39,078 bases of DNA from a virus (taxonomy: Duplodnaviria; Caudoviricetes). The translations under genes and the position numbers were made by a program. The notes below the pieces were generated by a model. The model searched no databases and was not told the DNA's origin. It saw only the letters and a list, made by a program, of their open reading frames with translations. Every line of letters starts with the position of its first letter. The stretch's first letter is position 1. The stretch covers positions 1 through 39,078 of IMG/VR virus record IMGVR_UViG_3300020044_009858; one strand, 5' to 3'. Positions 16,901 through 24,974 of the stretch are shown here, in pieces.

Positions 16901-19190
16901 GCTCCGGTTTAACGGAAACAATTGATTCTGGCTTAATTGGCTCGGCGGGTTTTGGCTCTTCTGGCAAAACAGCGGGTTTTGCTTTTGTAATGTTTTTTCT
17001 TAAAACAATTACAGGAGCATTGTCTTCATTTATTATCTGAATTTCGTCTCCAGATATGGATACTATTTTTCCTTTATGAACAAGCCCTTTAATTTGATGA
17101 GATTTTGCTTCTATTGTGTCTCCAATTTTTATTGAAGAAAATTCTTGTTTTGGTTTTTCAATTTGTGTTTTTAATTTTCTTTTTTCAATTTCTTCGTTTA
17201 TTAATTCTAAAACATGGTCTTGGTGCTTTCCATATCCATAAATGTGGTTTTTAATAATTTCAAGGTCTGAATCTGGACGCTTGCTTAAATTAAGTTTAAA
17301 ATCAACTACAGTTTTTTTATTTAACCTTTCTTGTTTTTGTTTTTCAGGCTTTGATATTCTGGCGTCATCCAATTTAAGCCCAAAATCTTTAACAGCTTCG
17401 TTTACAGCTTCTTCCCAAGTGTCGTGTGTTCTGTGGCTAGAAGCGCCATCTTTGTCAAAAATAGTATATCTCCACTTTCCTTGTTCTGTGGGTTCAGGAG
17501 ATACAACAATGTAAGCTTTACGTTTCTCGTCTAATTTTTCTGGTGTGCCTTGAAACGTGACTTCCCCGTGTTTTTTTTTAAATTCGTCTATGCTTTCTTT
17601 TCTTTTTTGGATGCGCTGTCTGGCTTCTTCAAGAATTTGCCTAGCCCTATTGGTCAAATCTTCGCGTTCTTTTAAAAGGTCTTCACTGTGCAGCTTTCCT
17701 TTTCCTTCTCTTCCGGACGCAACCCAAGCTTCTTCTCTGTTTAAATGTTCCCCAATAACACCTCCTTTGGCGTCTACAGGCACAAAAACATGATTGGAAT
17801 CATCGTCATGCTGCGCTTCAATCATCCTAGCGCTTTCTTTGTCACCATTTGCTTCAGCCAAAGCAACTTGGTTGTCCATGATTTCCTTATGGGTATCCCC
17901 GCCAATCACGGGTTGACCATTTATAAGCAAAGCAGGACGCAGCTTAATTTTGGCTGGTTTTTCGGCTGGTTTTGCAAAAACGGAGGTTGGCTCCGGTAAA
18001 GCCGCCGAAACACCTTTTGGCGGTTGAAAACCCTGTCCCAAGGGCATTTTATTCTTAAGAGTAGCCTGAAGGTCAGCCAACATATCCGGCGTAACTTTAA
18101 CCCGTTCAGAAGGCTCAACTTTAACAAAATCGGCTGGAGCGCCAATTTGAGGCATTGCAGAAGCTTCCCAAGTAGCTAGGCGCGGAGACAATGCGGTTTC
18201 GGCTCTTAAATCTCCGGTTTCGTCTCTAAATTTACCCTGATTAACCTGTTGGTTAAGCCTAGACATTAATTTGTCTGTGGTAAATTGATGGCGTTTACCG
18301 AAAATTCCAAGCACTGTCATTGCAGCAACATTACCAATTGCGTCTATCCAAGCATCTTTTTGCTGCTCTTTTGGCAATTTAAAGATTTCATGGGCTTGGT
18401 CTGCCGTAATTGCAGCCGCAACAGTTCCCGCACCACCCGCTTTGTTTATAACATTAAGGGCGGCGTCAGACCCAATTCCGGCTTTTGCAGCTAGGTTTTC
18501 AGCAATAGCGCCGGAATACTTGCCAATAAAAGGAATAATACCAGCAACAACGGCTTGTTTTGGACTAAATCCTTCAGGCGTTAAACCAAAAGACATTGCT
18601 CCCAAAAATGGGTCTGCTGAATAAACAGCCATTTCAGGAGCGGTTTTCATTATGCCAGCAATGCCAGATTCAACCATTCTAGCTGCAACTGGCATATTCT
18701 TCATTTCCTGCTCGTAAGGAGGCTGTTCATCTTTAAAAACGGCTTTAACGTTTCTAAATTTGCTTTCGCCAGTTTCAATAGGGAATGTTCCTATGTCGGC
18801 TAACAATGCAGGAATTGCAGCCCCTTCGCGCTCCAAGCCTTTTCCAAGCTCTGTAAGTACGCCAGTTTGTGGGTCTGCAATTGCGGCAAGAAAATCCGAA
18901 GTGTTACCAAGTGCGCTTTTGTCTTTTAAAGTATCATTTGCCCGATAAATAGCAGCTTCAAACGGGTCTAATTTGACTTTTGAAACATCTGGAGCGGAAA
19001 CTTCTTTAATTTTTCTTAAATCGCCAGCAACGCCAGATTCTGGAATTTCTTTGATTTTACGAAGGTCGCCTTCAGGTTTGCCAAAAGCTTCGTCTAATAG
19101 ACCGCTTTTGGGTTTGCCACCAAAAGCTTCAGACAAAAGCCCTCCAGCTTTAGGCGTTTCACCAAAAGCTTCTTCAAGTAATCCAGCCAT
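10953..19190 (-). CDS. giant polyvalent internal virion/ejection protein (SH3-like, GNAT, two ART-like, beta-clamp-like, zincin peptidase, helical C-terminal region)
   Basis: 2745 aa, last large gene after the tail/ejection genes; RGKGGAS...WYEKLGF; VYHGS and two GYDG motifs; STDGRRL...YPNWKQIVP...YIVMPFR; HEFGH...ELFA. Confidence 0.85.
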   Translation of the reverse strand: MAGLLEEAFGETPKAGGLLSEAFGGKPKSGLLDEAFGKPEGDLRKIKEIPESGVAGDLRKIKEVSAPDVSKVKLDPFEAAIYRANDTLKDKSALGNTSDFLAAIADPQTGVLTELGKGLEREGAAIPALLADIGTFPIETGESKFRNVKAVFKDEQPPYEQEMKNMPVAARMVESGIAGIMKTAPEMAVYSADPFLGAMSFGLTPEGFSPKQAVVAGIIPFIGKYSGAIAENLAAKAGIGSDAALNVINKAGGAGTVAAAITADQAHEIFKLPKEQQKDAWIDAIGNVAAMTVLGIFGKRHQFTTDKLMSRLNQQVNQGKFRDETGDLRAETALSPRLATWEASAMPQIGAPADFVKVEPSERVKVTPDMLADLQATLKNKMPLGQGFQPPKGVSAALPEPTSVFAKPAEKPAKIKLRPALLINGQPVIGGDTHKEIMDNQVALAEANGDKESARMIEAQHDDDSNHVFVPVDAKGGVIGEHLNREEAWVASGREGKGKLHSEDLLKEREDLTNRARQILEEARQRIQKRKESIDEFKKKHGEVTFQGTPEKLDEKRKAYIVVSPEPTEQGKWRYTIFDKDGASSHRTHDTWEEAVNEAVKDFGLKLDDARISKPEKQKQERLNKKTVVDFKLNLSKRPDSDLEIIKNHIYGYGKHQDHVLELINEEIEKRKLKTQIEKPKQEFSSIKIGDTIEAKSHQIKGLVHKGKIVSISGDEIQIINEDNAPVIVLRKNITKAKPAVLPEEPKPAEPIKPESIVSVKPEPIIPAELKSGIDVQDNWIEGMLNRGYTYAGHKINSQNKLVIGNSSYITLISPDGKTKLAFSTDVFGEQKGDVHRYLQNKKDGFHIEAIVTDPKARGKGGASKMMKDVVEVADAVGTKLTAEIAPIKIFIKKGQKNLNKAELRKWYEKLGFESDGISLIKRNPKTKATEPVVPVEPVPIDVSKAIDAPKDVNQAAGKKIKVYHGSAEIARKGKFEGLVLNISPAGKTREIGASADSMGTWWSSKIEDAVFFGKSIENGEGAILYGEIIINNPKIFYSENEAREFFEKFREDQNDPVKKPIRGDKIKSYLESQGYDGLILKGGEKGITSGDYYLSFNNKSVNVVKTYFPPTKAKPPVFKKKLYQGRGAKPEDIYGAEAVAEGRAVPILGKGDYYAETREDAQIYGKVTAYDVELSNPIVIDSDAKWRQLLKDANTPALDSRGETWYKNPELIAPSTIKLQEYLKSKGYDGAIVKIGYGDVNERGESVKGLVESFGHSQVVKFATEKPVEAVKPEEIVAKPIELPKIETVKGQTEIVLNAENVKTTAKIDTTKTEFSPKQAKEQKKFLLDAVDQAIKEAPEKRPEVQADKDILLVEEASKMNGKETRSEFEARRKKILDEIESKYDFGEFYKNKPDDVKVRLLLGDKDSSGILKSQIVYQSPIVTIKIPKDGVYSVINSKETLKQFRDDHAVGFPTSGIAVKTSGNVKVTQTKPAVLGSLKKENILKASSISISEDTSRGDIVHIFSDGEVTVSTDGRRLLIVNAEIGGTSKNPILIDEKGNEVKSGSAYPNWKQIVPKDNEIDTIVDSVDSEKLFQSVRQAQEIVTEKEKSITLHRNPDGTIGISAVSEDIGEYGSSLQKGAKIIANIDPQYLLDGINALRLIGDETFSIKSKFDQGRKPTTGLAPIILVGKNGKYIVMPFRGKDDPEVSTHVTKADLAKKPKTAKEMAEMDVLDVEQEGKSAANAVADFEASKVHPIPEPDSGLPPNVRKRGKTFTGQLLEATRVIGALARYKAMKGGVLGAFFWGGAEDKIHMGNIRNQRTMAHEFGHAVENTMFPFIKDKPYTALGKKFNLPESIVRGEIIPISEMLRGKIAGSKRFIEYRRQGKELFADFMCLYIHDPELARSMAPKFTEAFEKEVIKHPDVKILLDELNVENVTPVAAKRISAPTGKPAGMTGKLPARGKPADTYYELDLAIKAQGIVVEAVRMADANKQAAQIKADKWQKLVPDVARRNDVGAFIEGIGNLEIAGDTIADVVARMTPEMRELAIDYRKSTEETRQDINILLRNYGEAEYLKFLKDYLPHFYQGSSRKIASAITSWAKKSSSAKERKLPTLREAVELGLKPISQDPSELYAIYTSMNWRVAAARKVLGELKNLKGKDGNAVVLPKDLAPEDWVLMNHPLIQITWATGSRSKLMLWRTGAMVHPDVAPALKQILERPTSSMAGRFYDALNSATRLGVFAGSLFHDFTLRLASVGAMLQLHNPLRGLVLLNEFDPITGERKLFQSTRKVGVQALENEDVVKEAVYSGLKLSDHRDADQFEMGAQSALDNILRRVKDIKGVGKAIDLYQWRQKALWRNTHDAYKMIAWMDLVSKGIDKEIAASYINDAFGGQEKQAMFWASPSVQKLMGRLLLAPDWTISTLKSVPFISDATSWMASKVVKGYAPRYEGWKGNQLRMRFWASELSALAIGSIFTQWALYQTFGDKSKGDKPFVWENQSGEKFSIDITPALRMMPWHHKDDLTRHYINLGKRASEIIRWATDPLAFVPKLAQPIQEITKQISGVSPTTELGIYPASWVLDNKVKFYSIPDRVVSAGSIFLPFALRGNQFALSVPMHKGASAVEETYQNEAKWADKSNNKELQNKYGSKAYLVNHQGYSNLRALLIAGDYEGSKKEIQKLESEGRNINGMRISLAPTHKYAGKYEAQFVNSLTDQQKSTYAQAKELRQYIWQRFAIVYNELHPPSPNQAALPEIKPPEGYIIKK
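19004..19190 (-). repeat. N-terminal peptide repeats GLLxEAFG x3 and GDLRKIKE x2
   Basis: visible in the translation; CCAAAAGCTTC recurs at 19081, 19119 and 19162. Confidence 0.85.
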
Positions 19191-19192
19191 AA

Positions 19193-20122
19193 TTATAGTA
19201 TGCTAGTGTCGTAGTTGTTTGCTTTCAACCATTTTATTGCTTCTTCTGGAGTTTTCCAATTGTTTGCATCTTTTAATTTATAAAACAATTCTTTATCAAG
19301 GGGCTTTAAATTTCCTGAATCAACAGTGGCTGGAATCGCATTTGTAACATCAGAAGACAAAAGTTGGCTAAAATCTGGCAAGCCGCTTGTTCCAATATTT
19401 TTATCACTACCAGCAAATACTTTTTCTGTTTGAGAAACCTTGTTTTCTGGATGCATTGGGTCTGCAACTGTTGTTGTTGTTCTTGAACCAATTGCCAACG
19501 GATTTTTTTCTGGTCTGGTGGACGTTTTTTGAAGATGCCCGTAAATCATTTGAGCCATTTGATAACTGTGTCTTGCTCTTTCCATGTCTCCGGAAGCTTG
19601 AGCATCTTTTGCGTCTTCAATATATTCGTTTAATCTTTCTTGCTCTTTTTCAAAAGCAGTTCCTTGGCGTCCGTACCTAGACCATTTTTCATCAAAAGGA
19701 TTAATTCCTTTTTTGTTAAACTCTTCTATTGCTTTATTATAATCGTTTTCGTTGTCAAATTTTATGTCTGCTCCGCCAATTTTTAAACTGTAAGCATTAG
19801 ATGAATTTGAAGCTTTAAGCTTTGGATTTGCTTTTAAAACAGCGTCTAGTTGTTCTTGAGTGCCAGTAAAATCATATGTCAAATTGTTTTCTGGATTATT
19901 AATTGACGTTTTAATTTTAGGCTTTTGTTGTTCTTTAAATTGTTGCGCAGATTGTTTTTGCCCAGCTTGTTCAAGCGCCATTTTTTGAGCAAATTGAGAC
20001 TGGTCTTGCGCAAGCGAAGCTTGTTTTTCAGTATATTGCTGATTGGCAAGGCGCTCTCTTAAAAGCGCATCTCCAACATTTCCCAAAGATTGATTAAGAA
20101 TTTCTACGTCTTTGTATGTCAT
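19193..20122 (-). CDS. probable internal virion/ejection protein
   Basis: Q/A-rich helical N-terminus; lies between the ejection-like genes and the giant protein. Confidence 0.6.
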   Translation of the reverse strand: MTYKDVEILNQSLGNVGDALLRERLANQQYTEKQASLAQDQSQFAQKMALEQAGQKQSAQQFKEQQKPKIKTSINNPENNLTYDFTGTQEQLDAVLKANPKLKASNSSNAYSLKIGGADIKFDNENDYNKAIEEFNKKGINPFDEKWSRYGRQGTAFEKEQERLNEYIEDAKDAQASGDMERARHSYQMAQMIYGHLQKTSTRPEKNPLAIGSRTTTTVADPMHPENKVSQTEKVFAGSDKNIGTSGLPDFSQLLSSDVTNAIPATVDSGNLKPLDKELFYKLKDANNWKTPEEAIKWLKANNYDTSIL

Positions 20123-20125
20123 AAA

Positions 20126-21406
20126 TTAAATCCCACCAGTTGAAGTGCTTTTAGCAACAGTTTGTCCGCTTCCAAATCCTTTAATTCCGGCGGAAGCTAA
20201 ATTTAAAGCCCCAGACATTCCAGCCATCCACGGGTTTGGCTGGTTCATTGAGGCTTCGTATCCGGTTAATGCGGCTTGAGAGCCTTGTTGACCAGCGCCC
20301 ATATTGTAAGACGGAAGCGCAGAAGATTGGGCAATTGGCGTCGAACCAGCACTAGACAATGAAGAAAACTGGCTTTGTGGCGTTTTTCCGCTGTAATAAT
20401 CAGCAAGATTTTTAAGGTTTTGCTGTTCTGCACGATACGCAATATCGTCCGGCGTTTCTCCGGAAGCCAACCAATTCATGCCAGCACCAACATTTTCGCG
20501 TTGTCTTTGACTGCCAGCAAATCCAGTTGTTAATGCTTTTGAATAATCGGCAGGAGCAGAATAATCGCCTCTGGCAGACGTAGCTTGAGCAACGGCAGTA
20601 TCAAGCATAGATTGTTCTTCCGGAGTTAAAGCAGACCCAGCAGCCACTTTTTCTTGAACTTGTCTGTTTAATTGTTCTGCAACAGGGCTTTGCGGGGGGT
20701 TTTTAATCTGTTCTTGTATTTTGCTGTAAAGAGCCTCCCTAGCGGCAAATTTTTGCGGGTCTGCTTGTTTTTCTTGTTCAAGAGCAGCGGCAATAAATTG
20801 AGGGTCGTATTTCTTGCTTGTTTCTAATTGCCCTTTAGCCAAATCAGTCATTATTTTGCCTTGAATATCGGCTTCTCCAATTCCAGTAAAATCTGCTATT
20901 GCTTGAGATTCTCCAACAATTTTTCCTTTGGAATCTTTGTAAACGCGAGAGTCTGGTTGAACTCCAACAAGTTGTTTTTTTAAAGCTTCAATTTGAAGCG
21001 GAGCGTACATATCATTACTTTTAGACAACGCATCTATTTGTTTTTGAATTTTGGCAATGTATTCATTTGAATCTCCAAAATCAGTATAGCCATATTTTAG
21101 CATTTTTCCGCCAAGCTCTGCCTGTGCTTGCATACCCCTAACAGAAGGAAGCATTTCTGCCTGTAATTGAGCCATTTTACGGCTAGAAGCGTTTAAATCT
21201 GGGCTGCTTGGGGAAAACGCACCAGCCGCAGAAGCGACAGACATTCCAAGTCCTGCAACGCCAACGCTAGCAGAAATTGCCGCAATTGATGCAGCAGACA
21301 ACCCAAACGTATTAAAGCGTGGCTCTACAAACAAAGATTGTTCTTTGGTTATAATTGTCTCTCCGCGATAACTAAAATAATTTTTACGGATGTTCATGTG
21401 CATCAT
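20126..21406 (-). CDS. ejection/pilot protein paralog A with N-terminal leader and Gly/Ala/Ser hydrophobic segment
   Basis: FGLSAASIAAISASVGVAGLG; Q/A-rich; collinear similarity to 21857-22900. Confidence 0.7.
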   Translation of the reverse strand: MMHMNIRKNYFSYRGETIITKEQSLFVEPRFNTFGLSAASIAAISASVGVAGLGMSVASAAGAFSPSSPDLNASSRKMAQLQAEMLPSVRGMQAQAELGGKMLKYGYTDFGDSNEYIAKIQKQIDALSKSNDMYAPLQIEALKKQLVGVQPDSRVYKDSKGKIVGESQAIADFTGIGEADIQGKIMTDLAKGQLETSKKYDPQFIAAALEQEKQADPQKFAAREALYSKIQEQIKNPPQSPVAEQLNRQVQEKVAAGSALTPEEQSMLDTAVAQATSARGDYSAPADYSKALTTGFAGSQRQRENVGAGMNWLASGETPDDIAYRAEQQNLKNLADYYSGKTPQSQFSSLSSAGSTPIAQSSALPSYNMGAGQQGSQAALTGYEASMNQPNPWMAGMSGALNLASAGIKGFGSGQTVAKSTSTGGI

Positions 21407-21857
21407 AAATTGGCAAAGCTTTGTTTTCTAATGTATTTTCTTCAGGATTATAAATTACATCTTTTTCAATTTCTTCCAAATTAGTTTTATTTGTTGGATG
21501 AAACGTAGTCCATTCACAATCTTCGTGAATAAAAATAACTCGCCTAGTACCAACTTTGGTAATGCCTTTGTGCGGAGCTTCAATAATTTGTTCTCCAATT
21601 CCTTCAATCCAAACAGAAACTTTGCCTTTTGTAATAACGTAAGGATGTTCTGTCTTGTGAATTTTAGAAACAACCACTGTTCCCGCTGGCATTTTAATTG
21701 TCCGAATGTACATATTTGGGACAAATTCATGCGTTAACGGCAATTCAACTTTAGGCAATTCTTTAATAAATTTAGCAAATTCACTAACGGCACGTTGACT
21801 AGGCGTGTTCATAAGCCCAGCAACGTATTCGTTAGTTGTTTGAACTGACAAATTCAT
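21384..21857 (-). CDS. cupin-fold protein
   Basis: HEF..NMYIRTIKMPAGTVVVSKIHKTEHPYVITKGKVSV...GTRR...TTFH double-stranded beta-helix pattern. Confidence 0.75.
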   Translation of the reverse strand: MNLSVQTTNEYVAGLMNTPSQRAVSEFAKFIKELPKVELPLTHEFVPNMYIRTIKMPAGTVVVSKIHKTEHPYVITKGKVSVWIEGIGEQIIEAPHKGITKVGTRRVIFIHEDCEWTTFHPTNKTNLEEIEKDVIYNPEENTLENKALPIYDAHEHP

Positions 21858-22900
21858 TAAAATCCTAATCCTCCGGCTTGAATGTTACCAATAAAATTAG
21901 TTCCCGCATACGGAATAGGCGGAGGTGCAGACATAGTTGGAGACGGAGAATACGGAGTTGGCGCTTGATAGCCAGACTGATATTGATACGGGCTTTGTTT
22001 AAAATATCCGCTTTGCCCTATAAGACCAAGAGACGTAGCCCCAAGACTTAAACCAGCCATATAAGGATTGGCTTGCTGTTGATTGGCTCCGTACAACCCA
22101 AATGCTTGATTAATTCCCTGTTGAGCGCCTTGGGCTTGATTCATTGTCGGCGTTGAATAACCAGTAGAAACGTAAGGAGCAGCTCCCTGTTGCGCACCAG
22201 ATAAACTAGAAAACTGCGCAACTGGGTCTTGTTTGTTAATAAATGCTCCAAGATTAGCCATATCTTGCTGAATTTTGCGGTATTGTATGTCAGACGGGCT
22301 AATGCTTGCTTGAAGAAAACTTTGTGCTTCTTGTTGAGCTTGTTGCTGTTTTGTGTCTGTGGCAGCAAGAGCAGCCCCAGCTTCTTCTTGTGTTTCAGCG
22401 CCACCAAGATAAAGACCTTTAGAAACTTGATTTCCTCTAACCTGTTCTTGAACTTGCTGTAATTCTTTAGGGGTTAATGCTTGTCCTTGATTAAGAATGT
22501 CTTGAACCTGCTTTTGCGTAGATTCAGACAAAGGCATATTAGGAGGCTGCGCGGCAGCATCCTCTTGTATTTTGTCAAACAATTGTTGATAAGCAGCGTA
22601 TCCAGTTGGGTCTGATTGTTTTAAATTAGCAAGTTTTTGAGCAATAAAATCGGCTCCCATGCCGTTTTGAATGTCCAAAAAGACTTGAGCCATTTGATTT
22701 TGAAACTTGTTTTGAACGTCTGCCGTTCCTAAACCAGTAAAATCAACAGTGGACATTTTTCCACTAGGGCTTAAAAGCGTTTGTTTGCCGCCCATTTGCG
22801 ACAAAGCATTAACAATATAAGAATAAGGATATTGGTTAATTTGCTCTTTTAGCCCTTGCATTGCTGCAACATTGGGGTCTGGTATGCTTCCTCCTCCCAT
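21857..22900 (-). CDS. ejection/pilot protein paralog B (MGGGS start)
   Basis: Q/A/G-rich; MGGG N-terminus; similarity to 20126-21406. Confidence 0.7.
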   Translation of the reverse strand: MGGGSIPDPNVAAMQGLKEQINQYPYSYIVNALSQMGGKQTLLSPSGKMSTVDFTGLGTADVQNKFQNQMAQVFLDIQNGMGADFIAQKLANLKQSDPTGYAAYQQLFDKIQEDAAAQPPNMPLSESTQKQVQDILNQGQALTPKELQQVQEQVRGNQVSKGLYLGGAETQEEAGAALAATDTKQQQAQQEAQSFLQASISPSDIQYRKIQQDMANLGAFINKQDPVAQFSSLSGAQQGAAPYVSTGYSTPTMNQAQGAQQGINQAFGLYGANQQQANPYMAGLSLGATSLGLIGQSGYFKQSPYQYQSGYQAPTPYSPSPTMSAPPPIPYAGTNFIGNIQAGGLGF

Positions 22901-22901
22901 A

Positions 22902-23360
22902 TTATTGGTTTCCTTTCATAATTCTTGGCAATATTTTGTCCGACAAACAAACAAGTTTATTGTTTCTATATGTAAATATTGAGACTGGTTTGTTTTTAAA
23001 AAGCTTTTTTACAACAATTGGGTGAATTTTTTTAAAACAATCCATTGTTCCAAAAATGTCCCCGTAAAAAATTGAATCCCCAGTGTTTTTTGAAATCCAA
23101 GAAAATTGAGGCTTATTGTTTTCGTATTTTTCTTCAATGTGTTCTTTCCAATCAACCCAATAAAATATAGCCATTTTAATTTTATTGTCTTCTATATCTA
23201 AAATTAATTTGTCAGTTAACAAACAAAATAACACATAATTGTAAGCTTGTTCCGGCGTAAATTGAGCAAACGACGATTTGCCAATATTTGCCATGCAAAA
23301 ATCCACAATGTCCCAAACATGGTCTGCAACAGTGTATTTTTGTTTTAATGCAGTATTCAT
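22902..23360 (-). CDS. possible GNAT/HlyC-like acyltransferase-fold protein
   Basis: IFYWVDW...E...FSW...TGDSIFYGDIFG resembles the HlyC W..G..LW..D pattern; position equivalent to T7 gp13. Confidence 0.4.
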   Translation of the reverse strand: MNTALKQKYTVADHVWDIVDFCMANIGKSSFAQFTPEQAYNYVLFCLLTDKLILDIEDNKIKMAIFYWVDWKEHIEEKYENNKPQFSWISKNTGDSIFYGDIFGTMDCFKKIHPIVVKKLFKNKPVSIFTYRNNKLVCLSDKILPRIMKGNQ

Positions 23361-24973
23361 GCGGCGGGGTCTCTTATAGACTTCATAAATGCCGAAGCCA
23401 TTATGTTTCTAATTTCAAACCAGCCAGCAGTGCAAGAAATTTTAAAATAAACTTCATTGCAATATCCAAGCCCTTCTAAACCGCGATAAACTTGAACCGG
23501 AGAAAAAGATTCTAATTGAAACGGCAAAATGTCAGTGCCAAGAATGTCCCCTGTTCCAGTAATAGAATTGTTCCAATCGTCAACGTCAGCCAAATCAAAT
23601 ACAGCATTAAATAAAACAGTTGCGTCTCCTTTGTTAAACCTAAACAAAGCAGCACGCATTTTTTTATTTGCATCAAAATTGCCAAAAATAAAAGACCTAG
23701 TATCTAATTCACAAGGAATATCAACTCCATTGTCTTGGTAAGTTGTATTTATGTCTTCTAATACAACGGCATCTTTCCATTTATTAACATAGCCTTTTGT
23801 GGCGTTGACGCTTCCATCGCCAACATACAATTCAACAGTGTTATTAAATCTTGTTACACACGCGCTTTCAGCGTTTACGTTAGTCCAATAACCCGTCCAT
23901 TGGGCTATTCTTCCATTCCAAACAAGCGCGTAATTGTTAAATGTGGAGCTATCAAGCGGAACAAAAAAAATGGCTAAATTGCGGTATTTTACAGCTTTAA
24001 TGCTTTGAGATTGCGACCAATTAATTCGGTCAATAAGCGGTTGAATTGGCAAACTTAATGGCGAAGTAAGCTGATATTGACCTGCCGCAGCTTGCATCCG
24101 CTGAAGGCTTTGAACGCCATCTTGAGACATAAACAGCAAATCGTTTTGATATACGCACCATGCGTTTTTGCCAACACATCCAACCCCAGAACCAACTAAA
24201 TCTCCTTGTTCTTGAGCAGACCAATTTGCGATTGGGTTGCTTGCGCTTGTATTGGCAGATGTCATGTTTAACAGCCAAACAGAATTTTCTTTTAATACGG
24301 CAACATTTGCGTTTTGCATTGCGGCAAGCGCAACAATTGCCTGACCATCTCCATTGCCAATTCTTGTAGATTGGGTTGATAAATCCCAATTAGATGTTCC
24401 TGCGGATTTTGGAGCAAAATCCAACATATGGCTAAAAAATATTGTATCCGGATAAGCCGGATTTCCGGACGCCAACATCCGTCCGGTTGACCAACAAAGA
24501 ATAGAAACGCCATTTAAAAACGTTGAATCAGCAGAAGTGTACGGCGTAAACGTTGTTCCATCAAAAAATTTTGGATAAGACTGACCATCCGTAATCATTA
24601 ATTTATCAACGCCTTGTTCCATTGATACATCAACAATTGAATTTGTAAAAGTTTGAGATAAATCAGCCCAATTTGTATTGTCCCAACTGTAAAGCTTTCC
24701 ATTTTCTGCAACCAATAATTTAGAATAAGAAGCTTTATTGTAATAAAACATTCCTTGAACAGCGCTTGGAGAAGTAACAATTGTTGAAAAACTGGTTCCG
24801 CCAACGCCAGCGGCAAGGTCAAATCCAGCCCTAGTGCGACAAGCAAAATTGTCTTTAACAACAACATTTTGCATAAGAGAAGACTGATTGTCTCCAATTT
24901 CAGAAGCGGGGCGATACATATCAACCCCACCACCAAAGTTTCTTATGCGGTCATATTGTCTTGGGCTTGCCAT
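23357..24973 (-). CDS. tail nozzle/head-closure protein (P22 gp10 or tail tubular B-like)
   Basis: NFGGGVD start, beta-propeller-like repeats, GVGCVG, LLFMSQDGV, LSLPIQP; synteny. Confidence 0.75.
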   Translation of the reverse strand: MASPRQYDRIRNFGGGVDMYRPASEIGDNQSSLMQNVVVKDNFACRTRAGFDLAAGVGGTSFSTIVTSPSAVQGMFYYNKASYSKLLVAENGKLYSWDNTNWADLSQTFTNSIVDVSMEQGVDKLMITDGQSYPKFFDGTTFTPYTSADSTFLNGVSILCWSTGRMLASGNPAYPDTIFFSHMLDFAPKSAGTSNWDLSTQSTRIGNGDGQAIVALAAMQNANVAVLKENSVWLLNMTSANTSASNPIANWSAQEQGDLVGSGVGCVGKNAWCVYQNDLLFMSQDGVQSLQRMQAAAGQYQLTSPLSLPIQPLIDRINWSQSQSIKAVKYRNLAIFFVPLDSSTFNNYALVWNGRIAQWTGYWTNVNAESACVTRFNNTVELYVGDGSVNATKGYVNKWKDAVVLEDINTTYQDNGVDIPCELDTRSFIFGNFDANKKMRAALFRFNKGDATVLFNAVFDLADVDDWNNSITGTGDILGTDILPFQLESFSPVQVYRGLEGLGYCNEVYFKISCTAGWFEIRNIMASAFMKSIRDPAA

Positions 24974-24974
24974 A

